Below are positions 53,832-63,627 of a stretch of 64,000 nucleotides of DNA, piece by piece. Source of the DNA: Clostridiales bacterium. GTDB taxonomy: Bacteria; Bacillota; Clostridia; Oscillospirales; CAG-272. Below the pieces are notes generated by a model. It was not told the origin of the DNA. It saw only the letters and a program-made list of their open reading frames with translations, and searched no databases. The position numbers and the translations under genes were made by a program. Numbering within the stretch: position 1 is the stretch's first letter; each line of letters starts with the position of its first letter. The stretch covers positions 34,636-98,635 of the forward strand of contig JAAWDG010000014.1 of the NCBI GenBank assembly GCA_022793655.1. The letters are read 5' to 3'.

Positions 53832-54419
53832 ATGAGAGAGGCATCAAAAGAGCGAAAAACCGCAGAAACCGATATTAGGCTGCGGCTTGTTTTAGATGGA
53901 ACCGGAAAAACAGAAATAGACACGGGCTGCGGCTTTATGGATCATATGTTAGAGCTGTTTGCAAAACATGGACGTATGGATGTAACGATTATGTGTAAGG
54001 GAGACACCCATGTTGATTTTCACCATTCTGTTGAAGATATAGGCATTGTATTGGGACAGGCTTTTAAAGAAGCCTTGGGTGACAAACGGGGCGTCACACG
54101 CTATGGAAGCATGCTTTTGCCCATGGATGAAGCGCTGCTGCTTGTTAGTCTTGATCTTTCTGGCCGGGCGCATCTTTCTTATGATGTGCATGGACTCACC
54201 CCTAAGGTAGGTGATATGGATACTGAACTTGTCAAAGAATTTTTGCTTGCCTTTGTCAGGCAGGCCGAGTGCACGCTGCATGTCAAACAATTAGCCGGCG
54301 AAAACACGCACCATATTATCGAAGGGGTATTTAAAGCGCTTGGGCGTGCGCTTGGCAAGGCCGTCCGGATTGATCAGACGCTTGGCGGCGAAATTCCTTC
54401 TACGAAAGGGACATTATGA
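53832..54419 (+). CDS. hisB: imidazoleglycerol-phosphate dehydratase
   Basis: The homologous N-terminus begins at MREASKERKTAETDI (ATG 53832). Contains DTGCGFMDHML, D.HH..ED and HH..E motifs. The upstream 53 in-frame codons look non-coding. Confidence 0.85.
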   Translation: MREASKERKTAETDIRLRLVLDGTGKTEIDTGCGFMDHMLELFAKHGRMDVTIMCKGDTHVDFHHSVEDIGIVLGQAFKEALGDKRGVTRYGSMLLPMDEALLLVSLDLSGRAHLSYDVHGLTPKVGDMDTELVKEFLLAFVRQAECTLHVKQLAGENTHHIIEGVFKALGRALGKAVRIDQTLGGEIPSTKGTL

Positions 54420-55027
54420 TTGCAATTATTGATTATGGCTGCGGCAATTTGTTCTCTTTGTCCAGTTCTCTTGCTGTCATTGGCGAAGAGTGGCAGATTA
54501 CGGCCGATAAAGACAGGTTAGCCAAAGCCGATAAACTCATCTTGCCGGGCGTCGGCGCCTTTGGTGATGCAGCGGACAAGCTGCATAAGACGGGACTTGA
54601 CGAGGTGTTAAGAGAAGCGGCCAGCGCCGGTAAATATATTTTAGGCATTTGCCTTGGCATGCAGCTGTTGTTTGAAAAAAGCTATGAGTATGGCGAGCAT
54701 GCGGGCCTTGGACTTTTAAAAGGGACAATTGAACCTCTTGCCCGAGATATTCAAGCGGATCTTAAAATTCCCCACATGGGTTGGAACAATCTGCATGTCG
54801 TAAAACAGGATCCGATTTTGCGCCGGAACCATGAGGGTGATTCGGTTTATTTTGTCCATTCGTTTTATGCGAAGAACTGCGAAGAGAGCTTATTGGCAAC
54901 AGCCGAATATGATGTAACAGTGCCCGCCTTGGTGGGGAAAGACAATGTGTACGGTGCGCAGTTTCACCCGGAAAAAAGCGGCGAAGTGGGGCTTAACCTG
55001 TTAAAATCATTTGCCGAACTGGGATAA
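54416..55027 (+). CDS. hisH: imidazole glycerol phosphate synthase, glutaminase subunit
   Basis: IAIIDYGCGNL, GICLGMQLL and FHPEKS triad motifs. Confidence 0.9.
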   Translation: MIAIIDYGCGNLFSLSSSLAVIGEEWQITADKDRLAKADKLILPGVGAFGDAADKLHKTGLDEVLREAASAGKYILGICLGMQLLFEKSYEYGEHAGLGLLKGTIEPLARDIQADLKIPHMGWNNLHVVKQDPILRRNHEGDSVYFVHSFYAKNCEESLLATAEYDVTVPALVGKDNVYGAQFHPEKSGEVGLNLLKSFAELG

Positions 55028-55075
55028 AAGCGGTGCGGGTGGAGCAAAAGAACCAAAGGAAAGGACATAAAATCG

Positions 55076-55828
55076 ATGGAAATATTTCCAGCAATTGATA
55101 TTATCGGCGGCCAAGTCGTGCGGCTCAAAGAGGGCGATTACAATCAGGTTTCGGTGTATGGTGATGATCCGTTAGCGATGGCCAATCGTTTTGTTGAACA
55201 AGGGGCCAAAAACCTTCACGTGGTGGATTTAGATGGCGCCAAGGAGGGGACAACCGTTAATTTTAGCGTGATACAGCGTTTGCGCAAAGAAACAGGATTG
55301 TTTATTGAAGTGGGCGGCGGCATTCGGGATGAGGCCCGCATTGCCTCCTATTTGGAACTCGGCGTTGATCGTGTGATTTTGGGCACGATCGCGGTTAAAA
55401 ATTATCCGTTTGTCGAAGAAATGGTGCGCAAATATGGCGATAAAATCGCCGTCGGTGTGGACGCGCGCAATGAAAAGGTGGCCGTATCCGGCTGGTTGGA
55501 TGTAACCGAAATGGACGCGATCGATTTTTGTGTGCGGTTGCGTGATTCGGGTGTGAAAACGGTTATCTTTACCGATATCGCGAAAGATGGTATGTTATCC
55601 GGCGCCAATTTGGCCCTTTACAAACGGCTTTCGGCGATTCAAGATCTTTCGATCATGGCCAGCGGCGGGGTAACGACGCTCGATGACATAAAAGCGCTAA
55701 GAGATATGAATCTCTATGGCGCGATTGTCGGCAAAGCGCTCTATACAGGCCATTTGTCGCTTGGCGAGGTGTTAGCGACAGCTCCAGCAATAGCACCAGC
55801 AAGAACTGGGGAAGGGGGCGCGCAATGA
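55076..55828 (+). CDS. hisA: ProFAR isomerase
   Basis: IFPAIDIIGGQVVRL, HVVDLDGA, GGGIR and ASGGV motifs. Confidence 0.9.
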   Translation: MEIFPAIDIIGGQVVRLKEGDYNQVSVYGDDPLAMANRFVEQGAKNLHVVDLDGAKEGTTVNFSVIQRLRKETGLFIEVGGGIRDEARIASYLELGVDRVILGTIAVKNYPFVEEMVRKYGDKIAVGVDARNEKVAVSGWLDVTEMDAIDFCVRLRDSGVKTVIFTDIAKDGMLSGANLALYKRLSAIQDLSIMASGGVTTLDDIKALRDMNLYGAIVGKALYTGHLSLGEVLATAPAIAPARTGEGGAQ

Positions 55829-56580
55829 TTGCAAAAAGAATTATTCCCTGTTTAGATGTTAGGGATGGCAGAGTTGTCAAAGGGGTTCAGTTTGAAGGCA
55901 TTCGGGATGTGGCCTCACCGGTTGAAATGGCACATTTTTATAATGACGCGGGTGCGGACGAGCTGGTGTTTTATGACATTACCGCCTCGTCAGAAGGCCG
56001 AAAACTGTTTACTGATGTGTTAAAGCAAGTGGCCGGCGAGATTTTTATTCCCTTAACGGTTGGGGGCGGCATCAACACACTTGAAGACTTTGAGCGGGTG
56101 CTGCGCTGCGGTGCCGATAAAGTGTCGGTGAACTCGGGCGCGGTGAACGATCCCTCTTTGATTGAACGGGCCGCCCGTAAATATGGCGATCAATGCGTGG
56201 TGCTCTCCATGGATGTGAAACGGGTGGACGGAAAATTCCGTGTGTTCAAAAATGGAAACCGGGTGGATACCGGCCTTGATGCCTTGGATTGGGCAAAGTA
56301 CGCAGAGGAGCATGGCGCCGGTGAGTTAGTGGTAAACAGCATTGATACCGATGGCGTCAAGCAAGGTTTTGATTTAGAGATGTTAGCGGCCATACAAGCC
56401 CGTGTGCGCATTCCGGTGATTGCTTCGGGCGGCGCTGGCTGCAAAGAGGATTTTTTATCTTTATTTGAGGCTGGTGTGGCTGATGCCGGCCTTGCTGCGT
56501 CTATTTTCCATTTTAAAGAGGTCGCAATTCGTGATTTAAAAGGCTATTTAGCCGATCATGGCGTACACGTGAGGATTTGA
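55825..56580 (+). CDS. hisF: imidazole glycerol phosphate synthase, cyclase subunit
   Basis: [28 protein letters not shown] and IASGGAG motifs. Confidence 0.9.
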   Translation: MIAKRIIPCLDVRDGRVVKGVQFEGIRDVASPVEMAHFYNDAGADELVFYDITASSEGRKLFTDVLKQVAGEIFIPLTVGGGINTLEDFERVLRCGADKVSVNSGAVNDPSLIERAARKYGDQCVVLSMDVKRVDGKFRVFKNGNRVDTGLDALDWAKYAEEHGAGELVVNSIDTDGVKQGFDLEMLAAIQARVRIPVIASGGAGCKEDFLSLFEAGVADAGLAASIFHFKEVAIRDLKGYLADHGVHVRI

Positions 56581-56581
56581 T

Positions 56582-56902
56582 ATGATCGATATTCATTATG
56601 ATGAAAAAGGGCTTGTGCCGGCCATTGTGCAAGAATATGGTACAGGCAAGGTTTTAATGTTAGCGTATATGAATGAAGAGAGCTTGGCGATCACCTTGAA
56701 AGAAGGCACTACCTGCTTTTACAGCCGGTCTCGGCAATGCTTGTGGCGCAAAGGGGAGACTAGCCAAAACAGACAGCATGTTGTATCGATTAAAGTGGAT
56801 TGTGATGCGGATACCTTGCTCATTGAAGTGATAAAAGACGGCCCCGCCTGCCATACGGGAGCGGAAACCTGTTTTTTTAGGACTTTGCATGAACATGATT
56901 AA
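56582..56902 (+). CDS. hisI: phosphoribosyl-AMP cyclohydrolase (monofunctional, no HisE domain)
   Basis: 106 aa. [27 protein letters not shown] and DCDADTLL...GPACHTG motifs. Confidence 0.9.
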   Translation: MIDIHYDEKGLVPAIVQEYGTGKVLMLAYMNEESLAITLKEGTTCFYSRSRQCLWRKGETSQNRQHVVSIKVDCDADTLLIEVIKDGPACHTGAETCFFRTLHEHD

Positions 56903-57707
56903 ATCGAATATACATACGCACACCACTTTTTGCGATGGTAAGGATACCCCGCGCGAGATGGCTGAGGAAGCGTTGGCAAGAGGCTTTGTTTCACTTGGTT
57001 TTTCGTCGCATAGCCCCATAGCTTATCATCCATCGTGGGGCATGAGGGATGAGATGGCTTATATACAGGCCATCGCTGCCTTGAAAGAAGAATATAAAGG
57101 CCGTTTGGAAATTGCCTGCGGTGTGGAGTGGGATTTTGATTCTAAAATTGATCTATCTTCTTATGATTATACCATCAGCAGCGTGCATCAGCTTCATTAT
57201 GAGGGGCGTGTATATCCGCTTGATCTTTCAGCAGAGAGCCTGGCCGATTGCGCGAAGACTTGCTTTGACGGCGATTATGATAAACTGAACCAAGCCTATT
57301 ATGCCTTGGTCACAAAAGCGGCCCTCAGAGAAGGCGTTGATGTGGTGGGGCATTTTGATTTAATTACAAAATTTAATGATGCCTGCGGTCTTTTTGAAGA
57401 AGGAGCCGCTTATATGGAATCGGCGCGTCATGCCATTGATGTTATCAGCGCATCAAGGCCGGATCTTATCTTTGAAGTGAATACGGGTGCGATGGCCCGT
57501 GCCGGCAGAGCTGAGCCATATCCACGATATGCACTGCTTGCGTATTTGCGGCATAAAAAAATGGCCGTCACCATTACGAGTGACTGCCATGATAAAACGA
57601 AACTTGCGGTTGGCTATGAGCAAGCGATGAACGAATTAATGCGTGCGGGCTACCAATCTGTGAAGGTTTGGCAGGACGGCGCCTTTCGCGATGTGCCGAT
57701 CGCTTAA
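56889..57707 (+). CDS. hisJ: histidinol-phosphatase, PHP family (HisJ/HisK type)
   Basis: [22 protein letters not shown] and TSDCH metal-ligand pattern. It is the last gene of the his operon and overlaps the hisI stop. Confidence 0.8.
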   Translation: MNMIKSNIHTHTTFCDGKDTPREMAEEALARGFVSLGFSSHSPIAYHPSWGMRDEMAYIQAIAALKEEYKGRLEIACGVEWDFDSKIDLSSYDYTISSVHQLHYEGRVYPLDLSAESLADCAKTCFDGDYDKLNQAYYALVTKAALREGVDVVGHFDLITKFNDACGLFEEGAAYMESARHAIDVISASRPDLIFEVNTGAMARAGRAEPYPRYALLAYLRHKKMAVTITSDCHDKTKLAVGYEQAMNELMRAGYQSVKVWQDGAFRDVPIA

Positions 57708-58405
57708 TTTTCAGGGAGCAATTCAACCATAACAAGTTCAGGCGGATTGCCGAATCGGGGCAGGCCGATGATGCGGCTGGTGAGCCCTCGGCTGACCACC
57801 AGCGTTGTCCCTTTTTCTTGATAGAGACCGCCGGCATGTTTAGGAAAGAGACCGCTATGACCGAGAAGGCCGTTGATTTGTTTTGTGCGCCATATGCCGC
57901 CATGTTCATGGCCGGATAGAATTAAGTCAAAAGTTCCGCCGGCCCAGCTTAATACCTTTTCGGGATAGTGGTAAATGAGAATATGGAACAGGTCGTCCGG
58001 CGGGGCTGATTGTTTTGCGCTTTGCTCGCGTCGGGTGAGTCCAGTTATCCATAAACGCTGTCCTTTGTCGGTTGTAAACGGGGTGCTTTGACCATCTAAA
58101 ATCGTCATTCCCAAATTGCGCAGCGTAGCGTACAATTCTGTACGTTCTTTAATGTACAGCTCATGATTGCCCGGCGTATAAAAACAGGCATAGTTTTCGG
58201 TCAAACTGTCCATAAGCTGCAAGGCGGGTTCATTGGCCGCACGGCGATCAAACAAGTCGCCGCCAATGATGACAAGATCGGGCGCGTGATTTTCGACGGC
58301 GCGTTCTAATCCATGCGGGTGTTCGCTGTGAAGGTCCGAAAGGAAAGCGATTTTTGTTTTTTTCGTAATTTTACGATGTCGTATAACATAATTTTCTGTA
58401 AACAT
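57704..58405 (-). CDS. calcineurin-like metallophosphoesterase
   Basis: IAFLSDLHSEH, IIGGDLFD, GNHE and SGHEHGG motifs. Confidence 0.8.
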   Translation of the reverse strand: MFTENYVIRHRKITKKTKIAFLSDLHSEHPHGLERAVENHAPDLVIIGGDLFDRRAANEPALQLMDSLTENYACFYTPGNHELYIKERTELYATLRNLGMTILDGQSTPFTTDKGQRLWITGLTRREQSAKQSAPPDDLFHILIYHYPEKVLSWAGGTFDLILSGHEHGGIWRTKQINGLLGHSGLFPKHAGGLYQEKGTTLVVSRGLTSRIIGLPRFGNPPELVMVELLPEN

Positions 58406-58527
58406 AAGTTGATGTCTCTTTAATTGATTTGTGTGGCAGAAAAATTCTTTATCTATTATAATAGCACATGCTTATAAACACGCAAAGACATGTTTATAAA
58501 TTTTTTAGGAAAGGGGCCTCATAAATC

Positions 58528-59226
58528 ATGGAAAAAGTGTTGATTACAGGCGGCAGCGTGGGCATTGGCGCCGCTCTTGTTACGGTTTTTGCCGGTGAAG
58601 GGTATGAGGTGTTATTCACCTATAATCGCCATAGAGAACAAGCAGAGGCATTGGCGGCCAAGACGGGAGCGGCCGCTTTGGGCTGTCAGTTAGAGGATGT
58701 TGCCTCTATTGACCGTGTGTTTCATGAGGCTGGTGCGGTGGATATTCTAATTAATAATGCAGGCGTTTCATGGACGGGACTTATCACCGATATGGAAAGG
58801 GATGCCTATCGTCATTTAATGGCCGTGAATCTTGACGCTTGTATATATACTTGCCAGCAGGCGCTGCCGGCGATGGTTCACCGGAAAAAAGGGCACATTA
58901 TCAATATATCTTCTATCTGGGGTATGGTAGGCGCCAGCTGTGAATGTGCGTATTCAGCCTCAAAAGGCGGCGTTATTGCTTTGACAAAGGCTTTGGCCAA
59001 AGAGGTAGGCCCTTCTGGTATTCTGGTGAACTGCATTTGTCCTGGTGTGATTGAAACCGACATGTTGGCGGCCTTAGGCACAGAAGATAAAAAAGCGCTG
59101 GCCGATGCAACACCCTTAATGCGGCTTGGAAAACCGGAAGAGATTGCAAAAGCTGCGCTTTTCTTGGCACAAAGTACGTTTATTACCGGACAAGTCCTTT
59201 GTGTGGATGGAGGATTTTCTTTATAA
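58528..59226 (+). CDS. short-chain dehydrogenase/reductase (FabG-like)
   Basis: ITGGSVGIGAA, NNAG, and the S...YSASK catalytic motif. PGVIETDM. Confidence 0.8.
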   Translation: MEKVLITGGSVGIGAALVTVFAGEGYEVLFTYNRHREQAEALAAKTGAAALGCQLEDVASIDRVFHEAGAVDILINNAGVSWTGLITDMERDAYRHLMAVNLDACIYTCQQALPAMVHRKKGHIINISSIWGMVGASCECAYSASKGGVIALTKALAKEVGPSGILVNCICPGVIETDMLAALGTEDKKALADATPLMRLGKPEEIAKAALFLAQSTFITGQVLCVDGGFSL

Positions 59227-59267
59227 CTCATGCTCTGTGACGGATAATCCTTTGTTGAAAAAGTTTT

Positions 59268-60053
59268 TTATGATTTGAGAGGGATGGTATCGGTAAGCAG
59301 CAGACCCCAATCTTGTGCCAGTGAATGGGTCGTCTTTATGGCGTCATCCCATAAAGAGCGCGGGTTGTGGCAGTCAGAGCCAATGACAACCGGCAGCCTC
59401 GCACGGGCGGCCCGTTGCCAAAATTCCTTGAACGGATAGGGGAATCGTTCGCCCTCTTTGTACTCGCCAAAACCGCGGCGAAGACCGTTTGCGTTGAGTT
59501 CTAATACCGTGCCGCTATCTTTGGCGGCCGTAACGATCATGTCACAGGCTTCTTCGGTATAGCTGTCCCAGCCGATATCGCAGATAAAGGGTACGTCCGG
59601 ATGGGCTAATATAGAGAAAAGTCCGGTTTCAAGCGCTTCTTTTATACTGTAAGCATAGTCGAGCATCAACTGAGAAGAGGGCATGTCATAAACGCTGATG
59701 GTCTCATGTAAAGAAGGAAAAAAATGCTGACCTAATAAAAGATAGTCAAGCCCCCGCACTTCGAGCAAATTTTGATAATAGGCAAGGGAGTCTTTGCAAA
59801 ATTCGATTTCTACACCGGCCAAAATGGTTAATTTGTCTTGATAGGTATCTTTTAATTCCCTGACACAAGCAAGGTGTGTGTCCAACTGGCTGTAAAGCAT
59901 ACGCCCACCGAAACGGTCATCAGGGAACGGACCGTGATCACTGAAGCCAAGAACATCTAAATGATTGGTGAGCGCAGCGTTCACATAATCCATTTCGGTG
60001 CCGTCTGCGTGCTGACATAAGCAGGTGTGTGTATGATAGTTGACTTTTTTCAT
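59268..60053 (-). CDS. PHP-family histidinol-phosphatase-like protein (second HisJ-type paralog)
   Basis: YHTHTCLCQHADG, FSDHGP, LAHPD and GSDCH motifs. Confidence 0.7.
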   Translation of the reverse strand: MKKVNYHTHTCLCQHADGTEMDYVNAALTNHLDVLGFSDHGPFPDDRFGGRMLYSQLDTHLACVRELKDTYQDKLTILAGVEIEFCKDSLAYYQNLLEVRGLDYLLLGQHFFPSLHETISVYDMPSSQLMLDYAYSIKEALETGLFSILAHPDVPFICDIGWDSYTEEACDMIVTAAKDSGTVLELNANGLRRGFGEYKEGERFPYPFKEFWQRAARARLPVVIGSDCHNPRSLWDDAIKTTHSLAQDWGLLLTDTIPLKS

Positions 60054-60204
60054 GTTATAAACCTCGTTTTACATTTTATCTATCATCCAAAAGGAAATTT
60101 AAAATATCTATATGTTTCGTGAATGGACGATTCTTTTTTATATTATAAACAATCTGTCTGTAAAATGTATGAACAACTGATAAACGTGGTGAAGGGAGGA
60201 CGCT

Positions 60205-60876
60205 TTGTATAAAATTTGTATCATAGAGGATGATGAGTCGATTGCGAAAAGTTTATCCCTGTTTTTAGAAGAGGAGGGTTTTAGCTGTTCGCTTGCCGGC
60301 GGGCAAACAGAAGCGCTCACCTTGCTTTCCGAAGGAACGTTTGACTTAGTGCTTTTAGATGTTTCGCTAAAGGATGGCAATGGATTTGTTGTGTGTTCGG
60401 CAATTAAACAGCGCTATGATGTACCGGTGATTTTTTTGACGGCTTCTGATGATGAGTATAGTGTGGTTACCGGTCTGGAACTGGGTGCGGACGATTATAT
60501 TATCAAGCCTTTTCGCCCGCGTGAGTTAGTCTCACGGATTCGCACGGTTCTTCGCCGCAGCGGCCGGGGAGGGCAAACGGTTTCATTTGGGGATATTTGT
60601 ATCGATACCGAAAAAGGCGTTGCCTATAAGGCGGGCAAGGATTTGTATCTTTCGGCGCTGGAATACCGCCTTTTGCTGCTTTTTTTCAATCATCCCGGCA
60701 AGTGCTTTTCACGCAATGAACTGCTGGCCGATTTGTGGGATGCGGCCGGCGATTATGTCAACGATAATACGCTGACGGTATATATTAAGCGATTGCGTGA
60801 AAAAATGGAGGATGATCCTAAAAATCCTGCGATTATCAAAACCGTCCGGGGCTTTGGCTATAAGGTGGGTGATTAG
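60205..60876 (+). CDS. OmpR-family response regulator
   Basis: TTG start after GAAGGGAGGA. Receiver domain (DLVLLDVSL, LTA, KPF) plus a winged-helix C-terminus (TVRGFGYK). Confidence 0.85.
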   Translation: MYKICIIEDDESIAKSLSLFLEEEGFSCSLAGGQTEALTLLSEGTFDLVLLDVSLKDGNGFVVCSAIKQRYDVPVIFLTASDDEYSVVTGLELGADDYIIKPFRPRELVSRIRTVLRRSGRGGQTVSFGDICIDTEKGVAYKAGKDLYLSALEYRLLLLFFNHPGKCFSRNELLADLWDAAGDYVNDNTLTVYIKRLREKMEDDPKNPAIIKTVRGFGYKVGD

Positions 60877-60877
60877 C

Positions 60878-61855
60878 TTGTTTCGGAATCGAGAGACAAA
60901 AATCAGCGTCATAATTTTTATGTTTCTGTTCATGGCCGGATTGACCGCAGGGTTTGCTATTCATGTTTATGCAGGACTGCTTGTGTTTCTTTTATGCCTT
61001 TGTTTTGGCGTGTATATTTTTGGCGCTCAGGCTCTTCGCTATCGGCACATGCGGCATATGACAGAAGAGATTGATCAGATTCTGCATGGCAATGAGGAGA
61101 TTATCCTCGCATCGTATCAAGAGGGCGATCTTTGCATTTTGCAAAATGAACTTAGCAAGTTAGTGGCAAGACTGCGTGAGCAGGCAGAGCTTTTGCAAAA
61201 GGAAAAATGTTTGATGGCTGATTCGATTGCCGATATTTCGCATCAGATTCGTACACCGCTGACCTCGGTCAATCTTATGTTAGAGAATATCCATCAGGGT
61301 TCTGATGAGCGGCCCATCAAAGAAATCGAAAAACAGCTTTTGCGGGTGCAGTTTTTGGTTGGGTCACTGTTGAAAATGGCCAGGTTGGACGCGGGAACCA
61401 TCACCTTTCGCAAGGAAACCATTGCCTTTGAGGAGTTAATCGAGCAAGTGATGGCGCCTTATGCCATTTTAATGGAACTCAAAGGCCAGACGCTGCACAA
61501 AGATCTGACTGGTTCTTATACTGGCGATTTGCTCTGGTCGCGTGAAGCCTTTGGCAATGTGATCAAAAACTGCATCGATCATATGGGAGAAGGGCATTTA
61601 TATATCCAATCGAAAGAAAATGCGCTGTTCTCGGAGCTTGTGATTCGTGATACGGGCTCTGGTTTAGATGAAGAAGATTTGGCGCATCTGTTTGATCGAT
61701 TTTATCGAGGCAAGAATGCTTCTGATGAAAGTGTTGGCATTGGGCTGTCTCTTGCCAAAAAAATTATTGTGTCACAGAATGGCACCATCAAAGCAGAAAA
61801 TTATAAAACGGGCGGCGCTATGTTTACGGTGCGATTTTATAAAAGTGTGATTTAA
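60878..61855 (+). CDS. sensor histidine kinase with two adjacent TM helices (intramembrane-sensing type)
   Basis: H-box ISHQIRTPLTS, N-box NCIDH, G-boxes DTGSGL and GIGLSLAK. The start is assumed to be TTG 60878, just after the regulator stop. The longer ORF from 60797 overlaps the regulator. Confidence 0.75.
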   Translation: MFRNRETKISVIIFMFLFMAGLTAGFAIHVYAGLLVFLLCLCFGVYIFGAQALRYRHMRHMTEEIDQILHGNEEIILASYQEGDLCILQNELSKLVARLREQAELLQKEKCLMADSIADISHQIRTPLTSVNLMLENIHQGSDERPIKEIEKQLLRVQFLVGSLLKMARLDAGTITFRKETIAFEELIEQVMAPYAILMELKGQTLHKDLTGSYTGDLLWSREAFGNVIKNCIDHMGEGHLYIQSKENALFSELVIRDTGSGLDEEDLAHLFDRFYRGKNASDESVGIGLSLAKKIIVSQNGTIKAENYKTGGAMFTVRFYKSVI

Positions 61856-61879
61856 ACCTTTATGTGAAAAGGGGAAGCC

Positions 61880-62551
61880 ATGTTTAAAATTTATATCGTT
61901 GAAGATGATGATATCATTGCGAAAGAACTATGCCGCCATATTGAGTTATGGGGCATGGAGGCGGTATGTACAACCGATTTTCGCTTTGTGTTGGAAGAAT
62001 TTTTATCGGTTGATCCGCAATTAGTCTTGTTAGATATTTCGCTCCCTTATTTTAATGGCTATCACTGGTGTACAGAAATACGCAAGGTCTCAAAAGTGCC
62101 CATTTTGTTTTTATCCTCAGCCGCCGACAATATGAATATGATTATGGCTATGAATTTGGGCGCCGATGATTTTATTGCGAAACCGTTTGATTTAAATGTG
62201 CTGACGGCGAAAGTACAGGCGATCTTGCGGCGCAGCTATGATTATAATGACGGCGTTCGTTTGATCACGCATAGGGGCGCGATTCTCAATCTTTCCGACG
62301 CTACGCTCACCTATCAGGATGAACGGATTGATCTTTCCAAAAATGATTTTAGAATCCTTGAGACGTTGATGGAAAATCGCGGCGGTGTGGTCAGTCGCGA
62401 AACGCTGATGCATAAGCTGTGGGAAACAGACAGCTTTGTCGATGAAAATACGCTTAGCGTGAATATAACCAGACTGCGGGGCAAGCTGGCCCTTTTAGGG
62501 CTTACCGACTTTATCACCACGAAAAAGGGATTGGGGTATATCGTTGAATAA
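61880..62551 (+). CDS. OmpR-family response regulator (BceR/GraR-like)
   Basis: LVLLDISLPYFNGYHWC, AKPF and a winged-helix C-terminus (TKKGLGY). Confidence 0.85.
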   Translation: MFKIYIVEDDDIIAKELCRHIELWGMEAVCTTDFRFVLEEFLSVDPQLVLLDISLPYFNGYHWCTEIRKVSKVPILFLSSAADNMNMIMAMNLGADDFIAKPFDLNVLTAKVQAILRRSYDYNDGVRLITHRGAILNLSDATLTYQDERIDLSKNDFRILETLMENRGGVVSRETLMHKLWETDSFVDENTLSVNITRLRGKLALLGLTDFITTKKGLGYIVE

Positions 62552-63575
62552 AAAATTATTCGTTGCTTTTCTGAAAGAGCGCATGTGGGCGATGCTTCTT
62601 TTGATTTTCTTTTGCTTCTTATTTGCTTTGATTTTTAAATTGTTTCAGATTGAAACCGCCGCTGTGCTCTATGCCGGCGCGTTATGTGCTTTTGTGGGCA
62701 TGGTCTATTTGATTTTGCAGTTTATGCATTTTCGGAAAAAACATCGCCAGCTTGCGTCGTTGCTTTCTGAAATTACGATCACAGCCGACCATATGCCGTC
62801 CGCAGACGGATTATGGGAGAGGGATTATCAAGCCGTCATTCATAGTTTGTGGGAAGAACTGCGCCGCAAAGAGACCGAAGAAAATAAGCGCTTTGATGCT
62901 CTGGTAGCGTATTATACAACCTGGGTTCATCAAATTAAAACGCCGATTGCCGCCATGCGCATGCTGCTGCAATCATCGAATGACGCAGCAGTAAAAACAG
63001 CTGCTGCAGCATGCGCTGCTGCTGAAAAAACTGCTGCCGCGGGTGAGTTACAAAAAATTGAGCAGTATGTCGAGATGGTTTTGTGCTATCTGCGGTTAGA
63101 TGCAGATTTTACGGATTATGTGATCAAAGAATATGAGATTGACGCTATCATCAAACAGGCGGTGCGCAAGCAGGCAACCTTTTTTATCGGCAAGAAAATT
63201 ACCTTGTCGTATGAACCGCTTCACACCAAAGTGCTGACCGATGAAAAGTGGCTGCTTTTTGTGATTGAGCAGGTGTTGTCGAATGCTTTGAAATATACCA
63301 AATCTGGTCAAATTACCATTACCATGCAGCCGCCCAAGGTGCTTTGCATCGAGGATACCGGCATCGGCATTGCGCCGGAGGATTTGCCCCGCATTTTTGA
63401 GAGCGGATTCACCGGATATAACGGGCGAATGGATAAAAAAGCCAGCGGCCTCGGTCTTTCGTTGTGTCGGCGTATTTGCAAGAATTTGGGTCACACTATT
63501 TCAGCAAAATCAGAGCCAGGCAAGGGCACCTGCGTGCAAATTGATTTGGAAAGTACGCCGCTTAAGGTAGAATAG
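62544..63575 (+). CDS. BceS-like intramembrane-sensing histidine kinase
   Basis: Two N-terminal TM helices with a minimal loop, H-box VHQIKTPIAAM, NALKYT, DTGIGI and GLGLSLC. Confidence 0.8.
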   Translation: MNKKLFVAFLKERMWAMLLLIFFCFLFALIFKLFQIETAAVLYAGALCAFVGMVYLILQFMHFRKKHRQLASLLSEITITADHMPSADGLWERDYQAVIHSLWEELRRKETEENKRFDALVAYYTTWVHQIKTPIAAMRMLLQSSNDAAVKTAAAACAAAEKTAAAGELQKIEQYVEMVLCYLRLDADFTDYVIKEYEIDAIIKQAVRKQATFFIGKKITLSYEPLHTKVLTDEKWLLFVIEQVLSNALKYTKSGQITITMQPPKVLCIEDTGIGIAPEDLPRIFESGFTGYNGRMDKKASGLGLSLCRRICKNLGHTISAKSEPGKGTCVQIDLESTPLKVE

Positions 63576-63627
63576 GCGCCGGGAGACAGGCGGCGCCAGC
63601 GTTTGAAGGGAGAAAAATAAGTGTCAT

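Noticed and set aside
57704-57707. Convergent genes (hisJ and the metallophosphoesterase) share overlapping stop codons within TTAA, with no terminator between them.
   Set aside because: The observation is real, but it is a common compact arrangement and nothing suggests special biology. It is recorded for completeness only.
63575-63597. GGCGCCG..CGGCGCC hairpin after the second kinase gene as a possible terminator.
   Set aside because: The stem is only 7 bp and is followed by AGCGTTTG rather than a U-tract. The GNAT gene starts 30 nt later, so read-through is more likely.
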